Part shown: piece after piece, positions 1-10,326 of the stretch
Layout: every line of letters starts with the position of its first letter
How positions within the stretch are numbered: position 1 is the stretch's first letter
Source of the DNA: a virus
DNA length: 64,000 nt
Strand: one strand, 5' to 3'
Virus record (IMG/VR): IMGVR_UViG_3300023176_007894
Coordinates: 1 to 64,000 of that record
Notes under the pieces: model-generated
Told to the model about the DNA's origin: nothing
The model's input: the letters and a program-made list of their open reading frames with translations, nothing else
Database searches by the model: none
Program-made: the position numbers and the translations under genes

Positions 1-1
1 T

Positions 2-325
2 TGTGGACTTCATGTTGACCCTCAAATAGAGCGTCCAAATAAAAATAAACCTATACAAAGTTTAGTGGAAAGATATATTCAATTATCTTCAGTAAAATAT
101 GTGGATGAAATAATCCCATATAATTATGAAAAAGATTTACATGATATACTTTTAGGCTATCCTATTAATATTAGAATTATAGGTGCAGACTACAAAGGAG
201 AAAACTTTTCGGGTCTTGACATTTGTCAATCAAAAGGCATTGAAATTTACTACAACGAAAGATCGCACAACTTTTCAAGCACAGAGCTTAGAAAAAGAAT
301 ATCAAAAGTAGAAAATAGCAAATGA
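2..325 (+). CDS. Glycerol-3-phosphate cytidylyltransferase-like (TagD/RfaE family), 5' truncated by the window edge
   Basis: Frame is open to the window start (CGLHVDPQIERPNKNKPIQSLVERYIQL); has VDEII, IGADYKG and SSTELR motifs. Confidence 0.8.
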   Translation, partial: CGLHVDPQIERPNKNKPIQSLVERYIQLSSVKYVDEIIPYNYEKDLHDILLGYPINIRIIGADYKGENFSGLDICQSKGIEIYYNERSHNFSSTELRKRISKVENSK

Positions 326-1146
326 AAATATTAGTTACAGGACACAAAGGTTATATAGGTTCACATCTATATTCAGAAGTCAAGCAAGATTTAACGCATG
401 ATGTTTATGGTATTGACTTGAAAGACGGAGATGATGTTTTGTATTGTTTGCCCGATAAAGAGTTTGATGTTGTTTTTCATTTTTGTGCATACCCAAGAGT
501 AGAATACTCTGTCCTTCAGCCAAGTTATACATTACAACAAAATGTTTTAGTTACTTCTAAACTTTTGGAGTGGAGTAAAAATCATGGAGTCAAAAAATTT
601 GTATTTTCATCTTCTTCTGCCATTATGGGAGACGGAGATGGAGTTCCAAAATCTCCTTATGGTTTACATAAATTAATGTCAGAAATGGAATGTAGATTAT
701 ATAAAGAATTGTATGGAATGCATTGCGTTTGCCTTCGCTATTTTAATGCTTATTCAGAAGATCAGCCCTATGGAGGAGCGTATACAACTGCTATTTCTGC
801 ATGGATGGAAATGATTCGTCAAAATAAGCCATTGCGTCTCGATGGCGATGGAGAACAGACTAGAGACTTTGTTCATGTTGAAGATATTGTTTCGGCAAAT
901 ATATTAGCGATGAATAATAATGATATGAACGATGATTACTATAATGTTGGCTATGGCGAATCTTTTTCATTAAATTACATAAAAGAATTTATCGATTGTA
1001 ATCAAAATGTAAAATGGAATTTTGCTCCCGCAAGAAAAGGAGACGCAAGGCATACTCTTGCGGACAATAAATCTTTGCTTGATTGTGGTTGGAATCCCAA
1101 AATTAATTTCGATGAAGGTTTAAATCGATGCTTTTCCAAAAAATAA
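322..1146 (+). CDS. NAD-dependent nucleotide-sugar epimerase/dehydratase (extended SDR)
   Basis: TGHKGYIG Rossmann motif, SSS, YGLHK (YxxxK), LRYFNAY, GDGEQTRDFVHVED. Confidence 0.9.
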   Translation: MKILVTGHKGYIGSHLYSEVKQDLTHDVYGIDLKDGDDVLYCLPDKEFDVVFHFCAYPRVEYSVLQPSYTLQQNVLVTSKLLEWSKNHGVKKFVFSSSSAIMGDGDGVPKSPYGLHKLMSEMECRLYKELYGMHCVCLRYFNAYSEDQPYGGAYTTAISAWMEMIRQNKPLRLDGDGEQTRDFVHVEDIVSANILAMNNNDMNDDYYNVGYGESFSLNYIKEFIDCNQNVKWNFAPARKGDARHTLADNKSLLDCGWNPKINFDEGLNRCFSKK

Positions 1147-1150
1147 TTGC

Positions 1151-1179
1151 TTGACATTCTCCCACAAATCAAATATAAT
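1151..1179 (+). promoter_or_regulatory. Consensus sigma70 promoter, leaderless; representative of more than 25 similar sites
   Basis: TTGACA-N17-TATAAT-N6-ATG(1186). Confidence 0.85.
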
Positions 1180-1185
1180 ATCCCT

Positions 1186-1458
1186 ATGCCTTATATAGCA
1201 AAATCAGAAAAAGAAAAAATAGACAAAGGATTGGTTGCAATTCATTTGTCCAAACTTGAAAACGCAGGTGGACTGAATTATGCAATCCATCAAATAATCG
1301 CACAATATATTTCACAAAATAAAGAAGACTATCAAACATACAACGACATCATTGGCGTATTAGAGTGTGCAAAAATGGAATTGTATAGAAGATCAATTTC
1401 CGAATATGAAGATAAAAAAATTCTTCAAAATAAAGATGTCGCACCTTATGACAAATGA
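1186..1458 (+). CDS. Conserved phage hypothetical protein (MPYI...GxLNY...GVLECAKMELYRR type)
   Basis: Start moved to the ATG 35 nt after TTGACA. Confidence 0.75.
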   Translation: MPYIAKSEKEKIDKGLVAIHLSKLENAGGLNYAIHQIIAQYISQNKEDYQTYNDIIGVLECAKMELYRRSISEYEDKKILQNKDVAPYDK

Positions 1459-1551
1459 AGCAGAAAATTTCTTCAATTAAAGAACTAATTTTAGCGGTGG
1501 GAGCGTTTTTCGTCTTGACAATCTTCCAAATATGGTATATACTTACAGGCA

Positions 1552-1770
1552 ATGAATGATTATTTATACAATATGTTGAAAAGTTCCGCTGAAGCGGATA
1601 TAGCCAAAGCAAAATTGACCCTTAGTCTACTTGGCGATAATGCAGTAGGAATTGGAGATCACTCAACTAAAGACTTTTATGCGAACGCAGAAGAAGCTCT
1701 TGAGTTACTTGATAATGCGTATAGTCGATTGGAAACGCTTAATCGATACGCAAAAGAGCAAGACTCTTAA
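1552..1770 (+). CDS. Hypothetical phage protein
   Basis: ORF behind TTGACA-N17-TATACT. Confidence 0.7.
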   Translation: MNDYLYNMLKSSAEADIAKAKLTLSLLGDNAVGIGDHSTKDFYANAEEALELLDNAYSRLETLNRYAKEQDS

Positions 1771-1771
1771 T

Positions 1772-1987
1772 ATGAATAGATTTGACCTAGAAGAATCGTT
1801 GGGTCAGATGGCTCAGTTCACAACCGACATTGATACGATTATTTATGCCGTTGGAGATGCTCCCAAACCTGCAACAGAAGATGAGCTATTAAATATGTTA
1901 ATTGGACTCAAGCAACTGCACGAAGTTCGATACCAAAAAATGTGGGATATATTTGAAGAATTAATTAAAAACAAAAAACTACAATGA
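1772..1987 (+). CDS. Hypothetical protein
   Basis: ATG immediately after the previous stop (MNRFDLEE). Confidence 0.65.
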   Translation: MNRFDLEESLGQMAQFTTDIDTIIYAVGDAPKPATEDELLNMLIGLKQLHEVRYQKMWDIFEELIKNKKLQ

Positions 1988-2289
1988 GAAAAGTTTTGTT
2001 AAATAATAAAGTTTATGCTTTTAAATATTTAGATTTTGAAGATTTAATCGAGCCAAATAATATTAAATTATGCCACAAAGAAAAGCAAATAAGGAACAGA
2101 ATATCATATTCTTTTTGGAAAAGCATTGTAGATTCAATGAAAGACCTCAAGTCAATCGAAAAAATTTCTTTATGCAAGCAAATATGGAATCAAATGGATA
2201 ATCGGCTTTGTTTTAATACTTATACTCAATCTCGATTCGATTTAGAATCTTTGGCGTTATGCTTGAAAGAGTGCAATGAATATAGGTGA
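1984..2289 (+). CDS. Hypothetical protein
   Basis: ATGA-coupled ORF. Confidence 0.55.
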   Translation: MRKVLLNNKVYAFKYLDFEDLIEPNNIKLCHKEKQIRNRISYSFWKSIVDSMKDLKSIEKISLCKQIWNQMDNRLCFNTYTQSRFDLESLALCLKECNEYR

Positions 2290-2503
2290 TCGCAGTAAAA
2301 AATATGTAGAATACCATATGTTTGTGACCTTTGATCCTATATTTAGATATAACTCGATAGTCGCAGGTTTATGGCACGAAGTAGCAGGTCAAATAAGATA
2401 CGAAGCACTTATGGAAGAAGATAAAGACGGCAAACAACTCAGCTACCTTTTTCCGATTTTTGACCCCGAATGCTCTGATTATGATGAGTTTACGCTAACC
2501 TAA
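2276..2503 (+). CDS. Hypothetical protein
   Basis: ORF in a tight operon. Confidence 0.55.
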   Translation: MNIGDRSKKYVEYHMFVTFDPIFRYNSIVAGLWHEVAGQIRYEALMEEDKDGKQLSYLFPIFDPECSDYDEFTLT

Positions 2504-2547
2504 AATTTTTACTTGACAATCCCCAAATAATATGAGACAATGTTGGA

Positions 2548-2673
2548 ATGAAAGAACAAATACTAAAAGTCCTTGAAGAACTAAAAGATTCTCAACTAAA
2601 TATAGCAAGTAAATGTGCAAGAGAATTTCTTGCAGAAAAAATAGTATCACATTTAAATAAAGTATCGAATTAA
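2548..2673 (+). CDS. 41-aa hypothetical protein (not in the ORF track)
   Basis: MKEQILKVLEEL...; ATG 35 nt after TTGACA at 2513. Confidence 0.6.
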   Translation: MKEQILKVLEELKDSQLNIASKCAREFLAEKIVSHLNKVSN

Positions 2674-2675
2674 AA

Positions 2676-2906
2676 ATGGAAGATTCTCAAGATTTAATAA
2701 AACAAAAAATTAATGAAATTAACATTCTTGTATCTACCCAAATTGAAGACTTATCAATCGAAGACCTTGAAGACCTAAAATGTAGGCACGATATGCTATT
2801 AAAGCAATTTAAATTTTGGGAAGAAAACTTTAACAGAGAAAGATCAATTTATGATCTAAATGATTTTACAAATTGGATCAACAAACTAATAGAAAAAAAT
2901 ATATGA
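2676..2906 (+). CDS. Hypothetical protein
   Basis: ORF in operon. Confidence 0.55.
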   Translation: MEDSQDLIKQKINEINILVSTQIEDLSIEDLEDLKCRHDMLLKQFKFWEENFNRERSIYDLNDFTNWINKLIEKNI

Positions 2907-3079
2907 AAATCAAAAGCAAACAAGTAATTCACGCAAGCGAAGTAGAGGAATTTTTTTGGGCAGAAAATGACGAACCCGTAGCAGAAGGTTTTCCTGTCGG
3001 AATTGAAACCGAGTATTCAGATAGATTTGAATTAGTTCTTTTTGATGACATTTATTGGAGCGACAAATATCTAATATAG
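2903..3079 (+). CDS. Hypothetical protein
   Basis: ATGA-coupled start MKIKSK. Confidence 0.55.
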   Translation: MKIKSKQVIHASEVEEFFWAENDEPVAEGFPVGIETEYSDRFELVLFDDIYWSDKYLI

Positions 3080-3092
3080 TGTAATAAATTAC

Positions 3093-3470
3093 ATGGATAA
3101 AGTTTCATTAAGAAAAATACTTAAACATAAACAATACAAAAGTATTTTTAATGAAATATACAAAAGATATCTAAAGAAAAACAACTCTGATCAAATATAT
3201 AAAATATCATTGGATATTTATAATTTGCTTCAATTATTAAAAAAACAAAAAGATATTTTAGTTGAGGATGAAATATTAGTTACAGAACTTGAAAAAAACA
3301 AATTCGATGTAAATATATATTTAAAAGAATCAGATCAAATTATATTAATACAGGAATATGACATGGAATCAATAATGAGTTGCAAAGTTTGTTTCCCAAG
3401 CTACCTTTCGGAATTAGAAGCTTGCTCTATTATAATGTGGGAATTATTTAACAATGCAGGAGAACAGTAG
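3093..3470 (+). CDS. Hypothetical protein
   Basis: Preceded by GTGTA-N9-ATG. Confidence 0.6.
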   Translation: MDKVSLRKILKHKQYKSIFNEIYKRYLKKNNSDQIYKISLDIYNLLQLLKKQKDILVEDEILVTELEKNKFDVNIYLKESDQIILIQEYDMESIMSCKVCFPSYLSELEACSIIMWELFNNAGEQ

Positions 3471-3687
3471 GTTATGCGAATATCGCATTGAATATCTTAG
3501 AAAAGGTGCAGTTGAACACAACTATCATTACTATATGGCATACTCTCCTAAACAGGCATTAGACTTTCAAAATGAAATGATAGAACACAAAGCTTGGTCT
3601 ATTGATTTATTAAAAATAGAAAGAAAATGTCCTTATTCAAATAAATGGATAGATGAAAGCGAGGTTTTAGAGTCACATGGATGCTGA
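3454..3687 (+). CDS. Hypothetical protein
   Basis: ORF in operon. Confidence 0.55.
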   Translation: MQENSRLCEYRIEYLRKGAVEHNYHYYMAYSPKQALDFQNEMIEHKAWSIDLLKIERKCPYSNKWIDESEVLESHGC

Positions 3688-3895
3688 CGATTCGATAGTC
3701 GAACACATTTATTACGAGAGGGGAAAAAATGAGTGCAAAGATAATTGCACAAAAAAAAATATGAAACTATGGCAGAGTGGATACGACAAAGGCTTTTCTG
3801 ATGCACAAGAAATTCTTGCAAAAAAGTTTGAGAAAATGATTTCTGAATTGTCTGACATAAAACAAGTTAAGAGCAATTCCAAAAAAAAAGCTTGA
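3677..3895 (+). CDS. Hypothetical protein
   Basis: ORF in operon. Confidence 0.55.
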   Translation: MDADDSIVEHIYYERGKNECKDNCTKKNMKLWQSGYDKGFSDAQEILAKKFEKMISELSDIKQVKSNSKKKA

Positions 3896-3926
3896 CAACT
3901 AGCTTCGATTGTGCCATACTTTAAGT

Positions 3927-4499
3927 ATGAGCGGAGAAGGATTATCAGTAAGTTTTAGAAGAACATCAATGACTCAAATGTCAAACCAAGAACTTCTTGA
4001 GGAGTTCCAAAAGATTGTCTATGCGAGTCGAGTAACTACCCACATGAAATGGTATGGGGAAGCCTATAGCGTTTACATGGAAGAGCATGGGGATGAAGAG
4101 TTGCAAAAATGGCAACAAAGAGGTGTCGCAATTAAAGATACCTTTAATTTCTGTATTAGTGTTTATGACTCTTGGGGCGAAGATTCAGACCTTTATGAGT
4201 CACATCAAAGAAAAGATAGCTTTGTTTCTCTTGCGAAAGAGTTTGCTATGGATAATTGGTTGTTGTATTTTCCTTATGGCTTTCCTGCTGAATGGATTGA
4301 GACAGAAACTATTGATGGAAAAGAATGTTGGAATCATTTTGTTGTAAAACCCGATGATAAAAACATTGACAAGATATGTAAAATATGGCATCATTATGGG
4401 ATGTGCTTGGTTAAAGCAGAGCAATTAGGTCAAACCGATGAAATGAAAAGTTTTTATTGGGATCAAGCTAGAGATGAAATTAAATCAATAATGGAGTAA
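3927..4499 (+). CDS. Hypothetical protein
   Basis: ATG 35 nt after TTGACA(3892); CATACT -10 box. Confidence 0.7.
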   Translation: MSGEGLSVSFRRTSMTQMSNQELLEEFQKIVYASRVTTHMKWYGEAYSVYMEEHGDEELQKWQQRGVAIKDTFNFCISVYDSWGEDSDLYESHQRKDSFVSLAKEFAMDNWLLYFPYGFPAEWIETETIDGKECWNHFVVKPDDKNIDKICKIWHHYGMCLVKAEQLGQTDEMKSFYWDQARDEIKSIME

Positions 4500-4542
4500 G
4501 AAAAAGCTTGACAAAAACCAACAACTAATCTAGTATATTGAC

Positions 4543-4728
4543 ATGATTGACAAACGATACATTGTAAGACATTGCAAAAAGCAGAACTCAACATGGTATG
4601 AAGCACATTACTCCGATGGGAAAAATTGCAGATTATTCCAAGCAGAGAATTATGGAAACTTTCTTAAATTTACCGATCTCTTAAATGAGGCAGGATATAA
4701 GTACATAGAAAATGAGGAGGAGTATTAA
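4543..4728 (+). CDS. Hypothetical protein
   Basis: ATG 35 nt after TTGACA(4508). Confidence 0.65.
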   Translation: MIDKRYIVRHCKKQNSTWYEAHYSDGKNCRLFQAENYGNFLKFTDLLNEAGYKYIENEEEY

Positions 4729-4961
4729 TGAATACCGCAGAAGCATTTTTAGATAGCATTAACCAATCAATAGCCAACGCAGAGAAACAAGCGAACTCTG
4801 TTCCTCGCATGGGCATGAATATCTATCTTGACAAGTCAACGATGGTGATGCAACAATTCACAAGTCCCAATTCATTCAAACACGCACAGAAGATTACTGC
4901 TCGCAAGGGTCAGTCAAGCACTCTTCGTAATGTTTTGGATGGCAATGGACGATTGCAGTAA
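4728..4961 (+). CDS. Hypothetical protein
   Basis: TAATG-coupled ORF. Confidence 0.6.
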   Translation: MNTAEAFLDSINQSIANAEKQANSVPRMGMNIYLDKSTMVMQQFTSPNSFKHAQKITARKGQSSTLRNVLDGNGRLQ

Positions 4962-5033
4962 CTTTTTTCTTGACAAACTCGAAAGCCTATATTATAATAG
5001 GTTCTTACTTAAACAAAAACTAATTGAACAAAA

Positions 5034-7316
5034 ATGATAATTGCAGAAAACAAAAACAAAAAAGTAGTCACTTCGCACGACTTTGATTCAATAAATTGCA
5101 CGATTGATGCGGAAGATATGCGTTATGTCGCAAGTTTGCTTCGTAACAACTATTCTAACACTCAACTTGCAGTTGTTCGAGAAATTAGTGCCAATGCACT
5201 TGATGCGAATACTGAAGCAAAAAGCAAGCGTAGGATAGAAATCACCCTGCCAAGCAAACTTAGCACAAATTTTTGTGTGCGAGATTTTGGCGGTGGACTT
5301 AGTCAACAAGATGTATTCGGACTATACTCAAAGTATGGCAAGAGTACCAAACGCACAAGCAACAATTATATTGGTGCTTTCGGTATCGGCAAATTTGCTC
5401 CTCTTTCGTATGGAGATAATTTTACTTGTGTTTCCTATCATGGTGGAATCAAAAGTAGCTACAACATTTTTGTTGACGAGCATGATGATACCAAGATTGT
5501 AAAGTTGCATGAAGAACCAAGTAATGAACCAACAGGCTTAGAGGTTCAAGTTGCGATCTCTGAATCAGACATTGAAAGTTTTCGAGATAATTGCAAAAAG
5601 TTTTTCAAGTTTTTCCCTGACAAAGATATGCCCAAATTCATTGGTGCAGAAAAAGACTTTGTTGAAAAGCCCAAGGTCATTCTTGAAGGCGAAAATGCAG
5701 ATTGGTTCTTTACTGAACAAGAAAGTTCTTACAATTACTATTCTCGCTCCTATGAGAAAGCAAAAGTTATCATGGGCAGAGTAGCTTACCCTCTTGACGC
5801 AGATAGTATTGACATAAAGAACTATGTTCAAGACGAGAGTCAAGCTTCGATAATTAGGTCTGTAATACAGGAGTCAAATTTCCATCTTCGTGTTCCTCTT
5901 GGATGCGTAAAGCTTCACCATAGTCGTGAGGCATTGGAATACAATAAACCCACACAAAAGTTTATTGCACAAAGAATGGTGGAAGTGATGGCAGAGGTCA
6001 AGGCAATCGCATCAGAAAAATTAAGCGATTCGCAAGATTTGTACGAAGCAAAAGCAAACTATGCACGAATAATCAATTCGTTGCCACAAACTTTGCAACG
6101 AGCATTTGAAGGTTCGTTTGAATGGCAAGGCATCAAGATTGATTCGTTCGGTTTCAGCAGACCTTATGGCATGACAGATGATATCATTCTGACTGAAACA
6201 ACTAGGGAAAAGGATAGTGATGCTCGCAATGGTTTTCGTGTGCGTAGCAATAAAACTTCTCGAATAAATTGTCGTGATGATGGCTTGTTTATCATACAAG
6301 ATATTAGCTCATCTCATGGCAACAATCTTCGTGCAAGAACATTGTTCAACGAGGACGAGAATCTACAAGTTGTATATTTTATTAACGCACTTACCGATGA
6401 CGCACAAGCACTCATTGATGATAAATGGCACTTCGACAGTATTAGCGACAAGCATATTCGCTATACATCCAAGGTAGCAAAGGAAAAACCCGATTATAGT
6501 GGTGTTCGCAAGAGCAATGGTAGTCGGGCACACATTCCATTATTTGAAATGAAGAAGGAAGGTTATTCATATCGCAACATTGATTATTGGAAAAGCGTAA
6601 ATGATGACATTGCGACATTACAAGAAAATGGCGATAAAATAGAAGGTTCTGTGAATGGCAAACTTGTTTACATTCCTATCAAGAATTACAAGATTGACTA
6701 TGAAGATTATGAACTTAAAACAGTCTACGAATTGATGCAACGCATTCATAGTCGAGCAGAAGAAAATTCGCAAGAAAAAACTTTTCGATTAATTGGTGTT
6801 CGTGCAGGTGATGTATCCAAACTAGATAAGAGTTCGTGGATAAACTTCTTTGACTTTCTTACAGAGCATTGCAAAGAATATCTTCTTCGTAACGCTAGTG
6901 GTGCAAAGCAGAGCTATAATAAATTTCTTGTTAATTCAAGTAAGCATAATGAAGGCTTGCGAGAGTCTAGTTATACGCTTGATATATTGTTCTCTGACAG
7001 AAGGTTTCCGCTTGACAAATTGAGCAAAGATAATCCCATAGTTTCCAATAAAACAAACTATGAAGTTACTATTTTAGGCAAGACTTGTTTTGAATGTTGC
7101 TTCTGCATCAATTACCTCGCCAAAAAGCACAAGGATTGGCTTGAATTCAATCTTGATAGTGGATTCGATGTAGAGCAATTCGCTTCAGAAATTCTTTCGA
7201 TTACCAAGCAATATCCATTACTCAAAGTGATGTACAATAGTGTATCTTCATATAGAACAGAACAAGAAACTTTTGACGATTGGATTGACTACATTCTCTT
7301 GTGCGACAAAAAATAA
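5034..7316 (+). CDS. rIIA: rIIA-like protein (N-terminal GHKL/HATPase domain)
   Basis: LRNNYSN..AVVREISANALDA, VRDFGGGL, YGKSTK, IGAFGIG, SREALEY; followed by an rIIB-like gene. Confidence 0.85.
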   Translation: MIIAENKNKKVVTSHDFDSINCTIDAEDMRYVASLLRNNYSNTQLAVVREISANALDANTEAKSKRRIEITLPSKLSTNFCVRDFGGGLSQQDVFGLYSKYGKSTKRTSNNYIGAFGIGKFAPLSYGDNFTCVSYHGGIKSSYNIFVDEHDDTKIVKLHEEPSNEPTGLEVQVAISESDIESFRDNCKKFFKFFPDKDMPKFIGAEKDFVEKPKVILEGENADWFFTEQESSYNYYSRSYEKAKVIMGRVAYPLDADSIDIKNYVQDESQASIIRSVIQESNFHLRVPLGCVKLHHSREALEYNKPTQKFIAQRMVEVMAEVKAIASEKLSDSQDLYEAKANYARIINSLPQTLQRAFEGSFEWQGIKIDSFGFSRPYGMTDDIILTETTREKDSDARNGFRVRSNKTSRINCRDDGLFIIQDISSSHGNNLRARTLFNEDENLQVVYFINALTDDAQALIDDKWHFDSISDKHIRYTSKVAKEKPDYSGVRKSNGSRAHIPLFEMKKEGYSYRNIDYWKSVNDDIATLQENGDKIEGSVNGKLVYIPIKNYKIDYEDYELKTVYELMQRIHSRAEENSQEKTFRLIGVRAGDVSKLDKSSWINFFDFLTEHCKEYLLRNASGAKQSYNKFLVNSSKHNEGLRESSYTLDILFSDRRFPLDKLSKDNPIVSNKTNYEVTILGKTCFECCFCINYLAKKHKDWLEFNLDSGFDVEQFASEILSITKQYPLLKVMYNSVSSYRTEQETFDDWIDYILLCDKK

Positions 7317-7355
7317 ACTTGACAAACTACAACAAATAGAATATACTATATTATA

Positions 7356-8441
7356 ATGAAAAAAGTACCATATACTATAAGCGAAAATTCAATAACCATC
7401 TTTTGGGATGGCAAACCATATACGATCCGAAAGGATAACATTAATTTTCAAAGTGCAAAAAAAGCTATTTTTGACGCAGATTACGATAAGCTAGGTGATC
7501 TTATTGATGTAAAAAAATCGGTTGAAAATTTTGTCCAAGGAGACATTGAAGTGCGTGACGAGATTGTTTATTACAAAGGTCATCGTCTGCATGGGGTTGT
7601 GGTTGATAAACTACTAGAGATGCTTAGAGCAGGAATGAAAGATTCTGCTCCTCTCGTAAACTTTATCACTCGCCTACAAGCCAATCCTAGTGCCAATAGC
7701 GTGAACGAATTGTATACCTTTTTGAGCTACAAGTCATTGCCAAACGATGAAGATGGCATGGTGCTTGGATACAAAGGTGTTCAAGGTGATTATTGGTCAC
7801 AAACAGGCAATGCGGATACAATCGTCTTGCAAGGCAAAACCAACGAACGACATCAAATTCTCAATGAAGTTGGTGCAACCATTGAAGTTGCTAGACGATG
7901 CGTTGACGATAACAAAGACAATCATTGCTCTTTTGGTCTTCATGTTGGTAGTTACGACTACGCAAACGAATGGGCAGGACAAGATGGCAAGTTGCTTGTT
8001 GTTCAATTCGATCCCTCTGATGCAGTTAGTGTTCCAACCGATTGCGACTTCCAAAAACTTCGTGTATCCAAGTACAAGGTAATAGCAGACATTACTGATA
8101 CTCGCACCGAATTACACAAACCTGTTTACGAGGCGAATAAGCCTATCTATGGGTCTAATGATGACGATGTAGAGGACGAGGAAAATACTTGTTGTGGCGA
8201 TTACGATTCTTGTGATTGCGATGGAGAGGACTTGGTTGAACTTGCAATCCGCAACTACATTGAGAACAAACATGAAGAAGGAGAATCTCCTACGCTCAAA
8301 CAAATCCAAAGCAGAATGAAAGGTTATGACTTGACTTGTGGGGAAATTTTTGATATCGTTAACGATATGGGATACTATATCTGCGAAAGTTACGACTGTC
8401 CAAGATCAATGTGGAAAGTCGAAGCAAAAACTGAATTTTAA
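7356..8441 (+). CDS. rIIB: rIIB-like protein
   Basis: NPSANSVNELYTFL, GYKGV, VDDNKDNHCSFGLHVG, DAVSVPTD..KLRVSKY. Confidence 0.85.
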   Translation: MKKVPYTISENSITIFWDGKPYTIRKDNINFQSAKKAIFDADYDKLGDLIDVKKSVENFVQGDIEVRDEIVYYKGHRLHGVVVDKLLEMLRAGMKDSAPLVNFITRLQANPSANSVNELYTFLSYKSLPNDEDGMVLGYKGVQGDYWSQTGNADTIVLQGKTNERHQILNEVGATIEVARRCVDDNKDNHCSFGLHVGSYDYANEWAGQDGKLLVVQFDPSDAVSVPTDCDFQKLRVSKYKVIADITDTRTELHKPVYEANKPIYGSNDDDVEDEENTCCGDYDSCDCDGEDLVELAIRNYIENKHEEGESPTLKQIQSRMKGYDLTCGEIFDIVNDMGYYICESYDCPRSMWKVEAKTEF

Positions 8442-8453
8442 TTACAAAAAATT

Positions 8454-8702
8454 ATGAATGAAACTACTAACATAAAGTTGCTTGATGCAATCACTCAAGC
8501 GAATGAGCCTCAAGTCGATTCGGTATGGGCAATTCTAAAATACAGAGAAATTGGTATTTATAGAAAAATTGCTTGCATATGCGAAGTCCTCGATCTTGAT
8601 CTCGCAGAAGTGCTAGATGATCTTCCTCAAGACGAAGAAGGCAGAATTCTAGATTACAAAACTCGTCACATGATCCACGATAGCCTTATTTCGGTTTCGT
8701 AA
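8454..8702 (+). CDS. Hypothetical protein
   Basis: ORF in operon. Confidence 0.6.
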   Translation: MNETTNIKLLDAITQANEPQVDSVWAILKYREIGIYRKIACICEVLDLDLAEVLDDLPQDEEGRILDYKTRHMIHDSLISVS

Positions 8703-8703
8703 T

Positions 8704-9111
8704 GTGAGGAGTAGTAAAGAAAAGATTCTCTCTCTTTACTTTCAACTATCTAAAAACACACAAAAATTATTACAACTAATCATCGAACGAGGTTTTGAAA
8801 AAATTGGCGAAGGATCATACAAGTCAGTTTACTCAAAAAAAGAGTTGAGTTATGTCATCAAACTAGCCAACTCCCTCAACGATGAGTTTGCGGAAGTTCC
8901 AAGTAAATTGAAAAAATTTTATGTTCAACCATATTATTGCGATAACCAAATAACGATTCAGCGAAAAGCAAATACCAAAAAGCAAGAACTTAATTACAAG
9001 AAAATATTAAACGAATTAGGTTTTGATACCTGCCAACGCTTAGATATAATTCCACAAAATTGTGGATCGATTAAAGAAAAGCCTGTCGTATTTGATTTCG
9101 CACAAATTTAA
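8704..9111 (+). CDS. Minimal protein-kinase-like fold protein
   Basis: IGEGSYKSVY Gly-loop, VIK lysine, DIIPQN catalytic loop, VVFDF. Confidence 0.6.
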   Translation: MRSSKEKILSLYFQLSKNTQKLLQLIIERGFEKIGEGSYKSVYSKKELSYVIKLANSLNDEFAEVPSKLKKFYVQPYYCDNQITIQRKANTKKQELNYKKILNELGFDTCQRLDIIPQNCGSIKEKPVVFDFAQI

Positions 9112-9155
9112 AAAAAAGGGTTGACATCCCTCAAAAACCTGTCATACTTATAACC

Positions 9156-9929
9156 ATGAATATTGCAGAAAATACATTGAAATCCAAAACTACCCAAGAA
9201 TTAATTGATTTGGTTGACTCGATCAACCCTGTCAAAAATCTACTTCATTCAGCCAAGGCAGTAGCAAAGGTCGATCAATTTAAGCAGGTCGATCAATTTT
9301 TTGCGAACCTCAAGCTTGGTGCAGTTCATGCAGAGCAAGCATATTGGAATGATCTTATCCCTCAAGACGATAGCGAAGTTTTTGCTCGTTGGGTATTCGC
9401 CATTATGAGCGTTCACACGACTTGGGAGAGCAATGTACGAGGTTATGAGGTTGCCATGAGCGATCTTTCTTGGACTATATCCAAAGACAAGCTCAAGCAA
9501 ATGATTGTCAAAGCTAAGGTTGGGTTGTATGAGCGTAGAGAGCGTGGATTGTGGGACTTGGCAACCAAGTTTCGTGAGAATCCCGATCAGTTCAAAAAGC
9601 AAGATAACGAGACTTGGCAAGAATGTCGCAATCGTTTAATTGGAACAATTTATGGGTTAGGTAATGCAAAGACAACTTATGCTCTCGCATTGAGTTACCC
9701 AACAGAGGCACGACTTTGTTGCTTGGATGTTCACTTGTTGCGTTTTATGGGTCACGATCTCAAGAAAGGTCACGCAAACACGCTCAAGGACTATGAACGC
9801 ATGGAAAACGAATGGCTTGCTCGTTGCGACAAGTATGGAGTTTCTCCGAATGTAGCAAGAGAAATGTATTGGAACAAAGTTCAAGGCAGAAGGAATTCTC
9901 GCTATTGGAGTTATTGCTTGGAAAGATAA
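9156..9929 (+). CDS. HhH-GPD/OGG-like DNA glycosylase homologue
   Basis: IYGLGNAK helix-hairpin-helix and CLDVHLLRF. Confidence 0.65.
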   Translation: MNIAENTLKSKTTQELIDLVDSINPVKNLLHSAKAVAKVDQFKQVDQFFANLKLGAVHAEQAYWNDLIPQDDSEVFARWVFAIMSVHTTWESNVRGYEVAMSDLSWTISKDKLKQMIVKAKVGLYERRERGLWDLATKFRENPDQFKKQDNETWQECRNRLIGTIYGLGNAKTTYALALSYPTEARLCCLDVHLLRFMGHDLKKGHANTLKDYERMENEWLARCDKYGVSPNVAREMYWNKVQGRRNSRYWSYCLER

Positions 9930-9932
9930 TTT

Positions 9933-10115
9933 ATGAAAGTCACAAAGTACGAAGTAAACGCATTAGAAAAAGTTTTAGATTGTATGCACCATTATATGCT
10001 TATTGGTCACATAGAAGAAGAACATTCAAAAGCAGAATGGATTGAAATTAGACGAGCAGTTCGCAGAATGGAAGTTTTACATGAAAAAATGAAAGAAAGT
10101 TATTTAAATGAATAA
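9933..10115 (+). CDS. Hypothetical protein
   Basis: ORF in operon. Confidence 0.55.
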   Translation: MKVTKYEVNALEKVLDCMHHYMLIGHIEEEHSKAEWIEIRRAVRRMEVLHEKMKESYLNE

Positions 10116-10314
10116 AGAATTTAATATAGATTTGATTTTAGGAGAAGAAGATATCCAAAGTTTATTGAATGGAGAAATTTGTGGTTTTAATTTTGTACCA
10201 ACAAATGATACCGAATACGATGAAAGGATCAGCATTAACATCAAGCATTCAAAGGGTGATTTGACATTATCTGAATCTATGAATTTAAGTATTGACAACC
10301 TCTCAAAAGTTTAA
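10108..10314 (+). CDS. Hypothetical protein
   Basis: ORF in operon. Confidence 0.55.
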   Translation: MNKEFNIDLILGEEDIQSLLNGEICGFNFVPTNDTEYDERISINIKHSKGDLTLSESMNLSIDNLSKV

Positions 10315-10326
10315 TAGGATACTATC

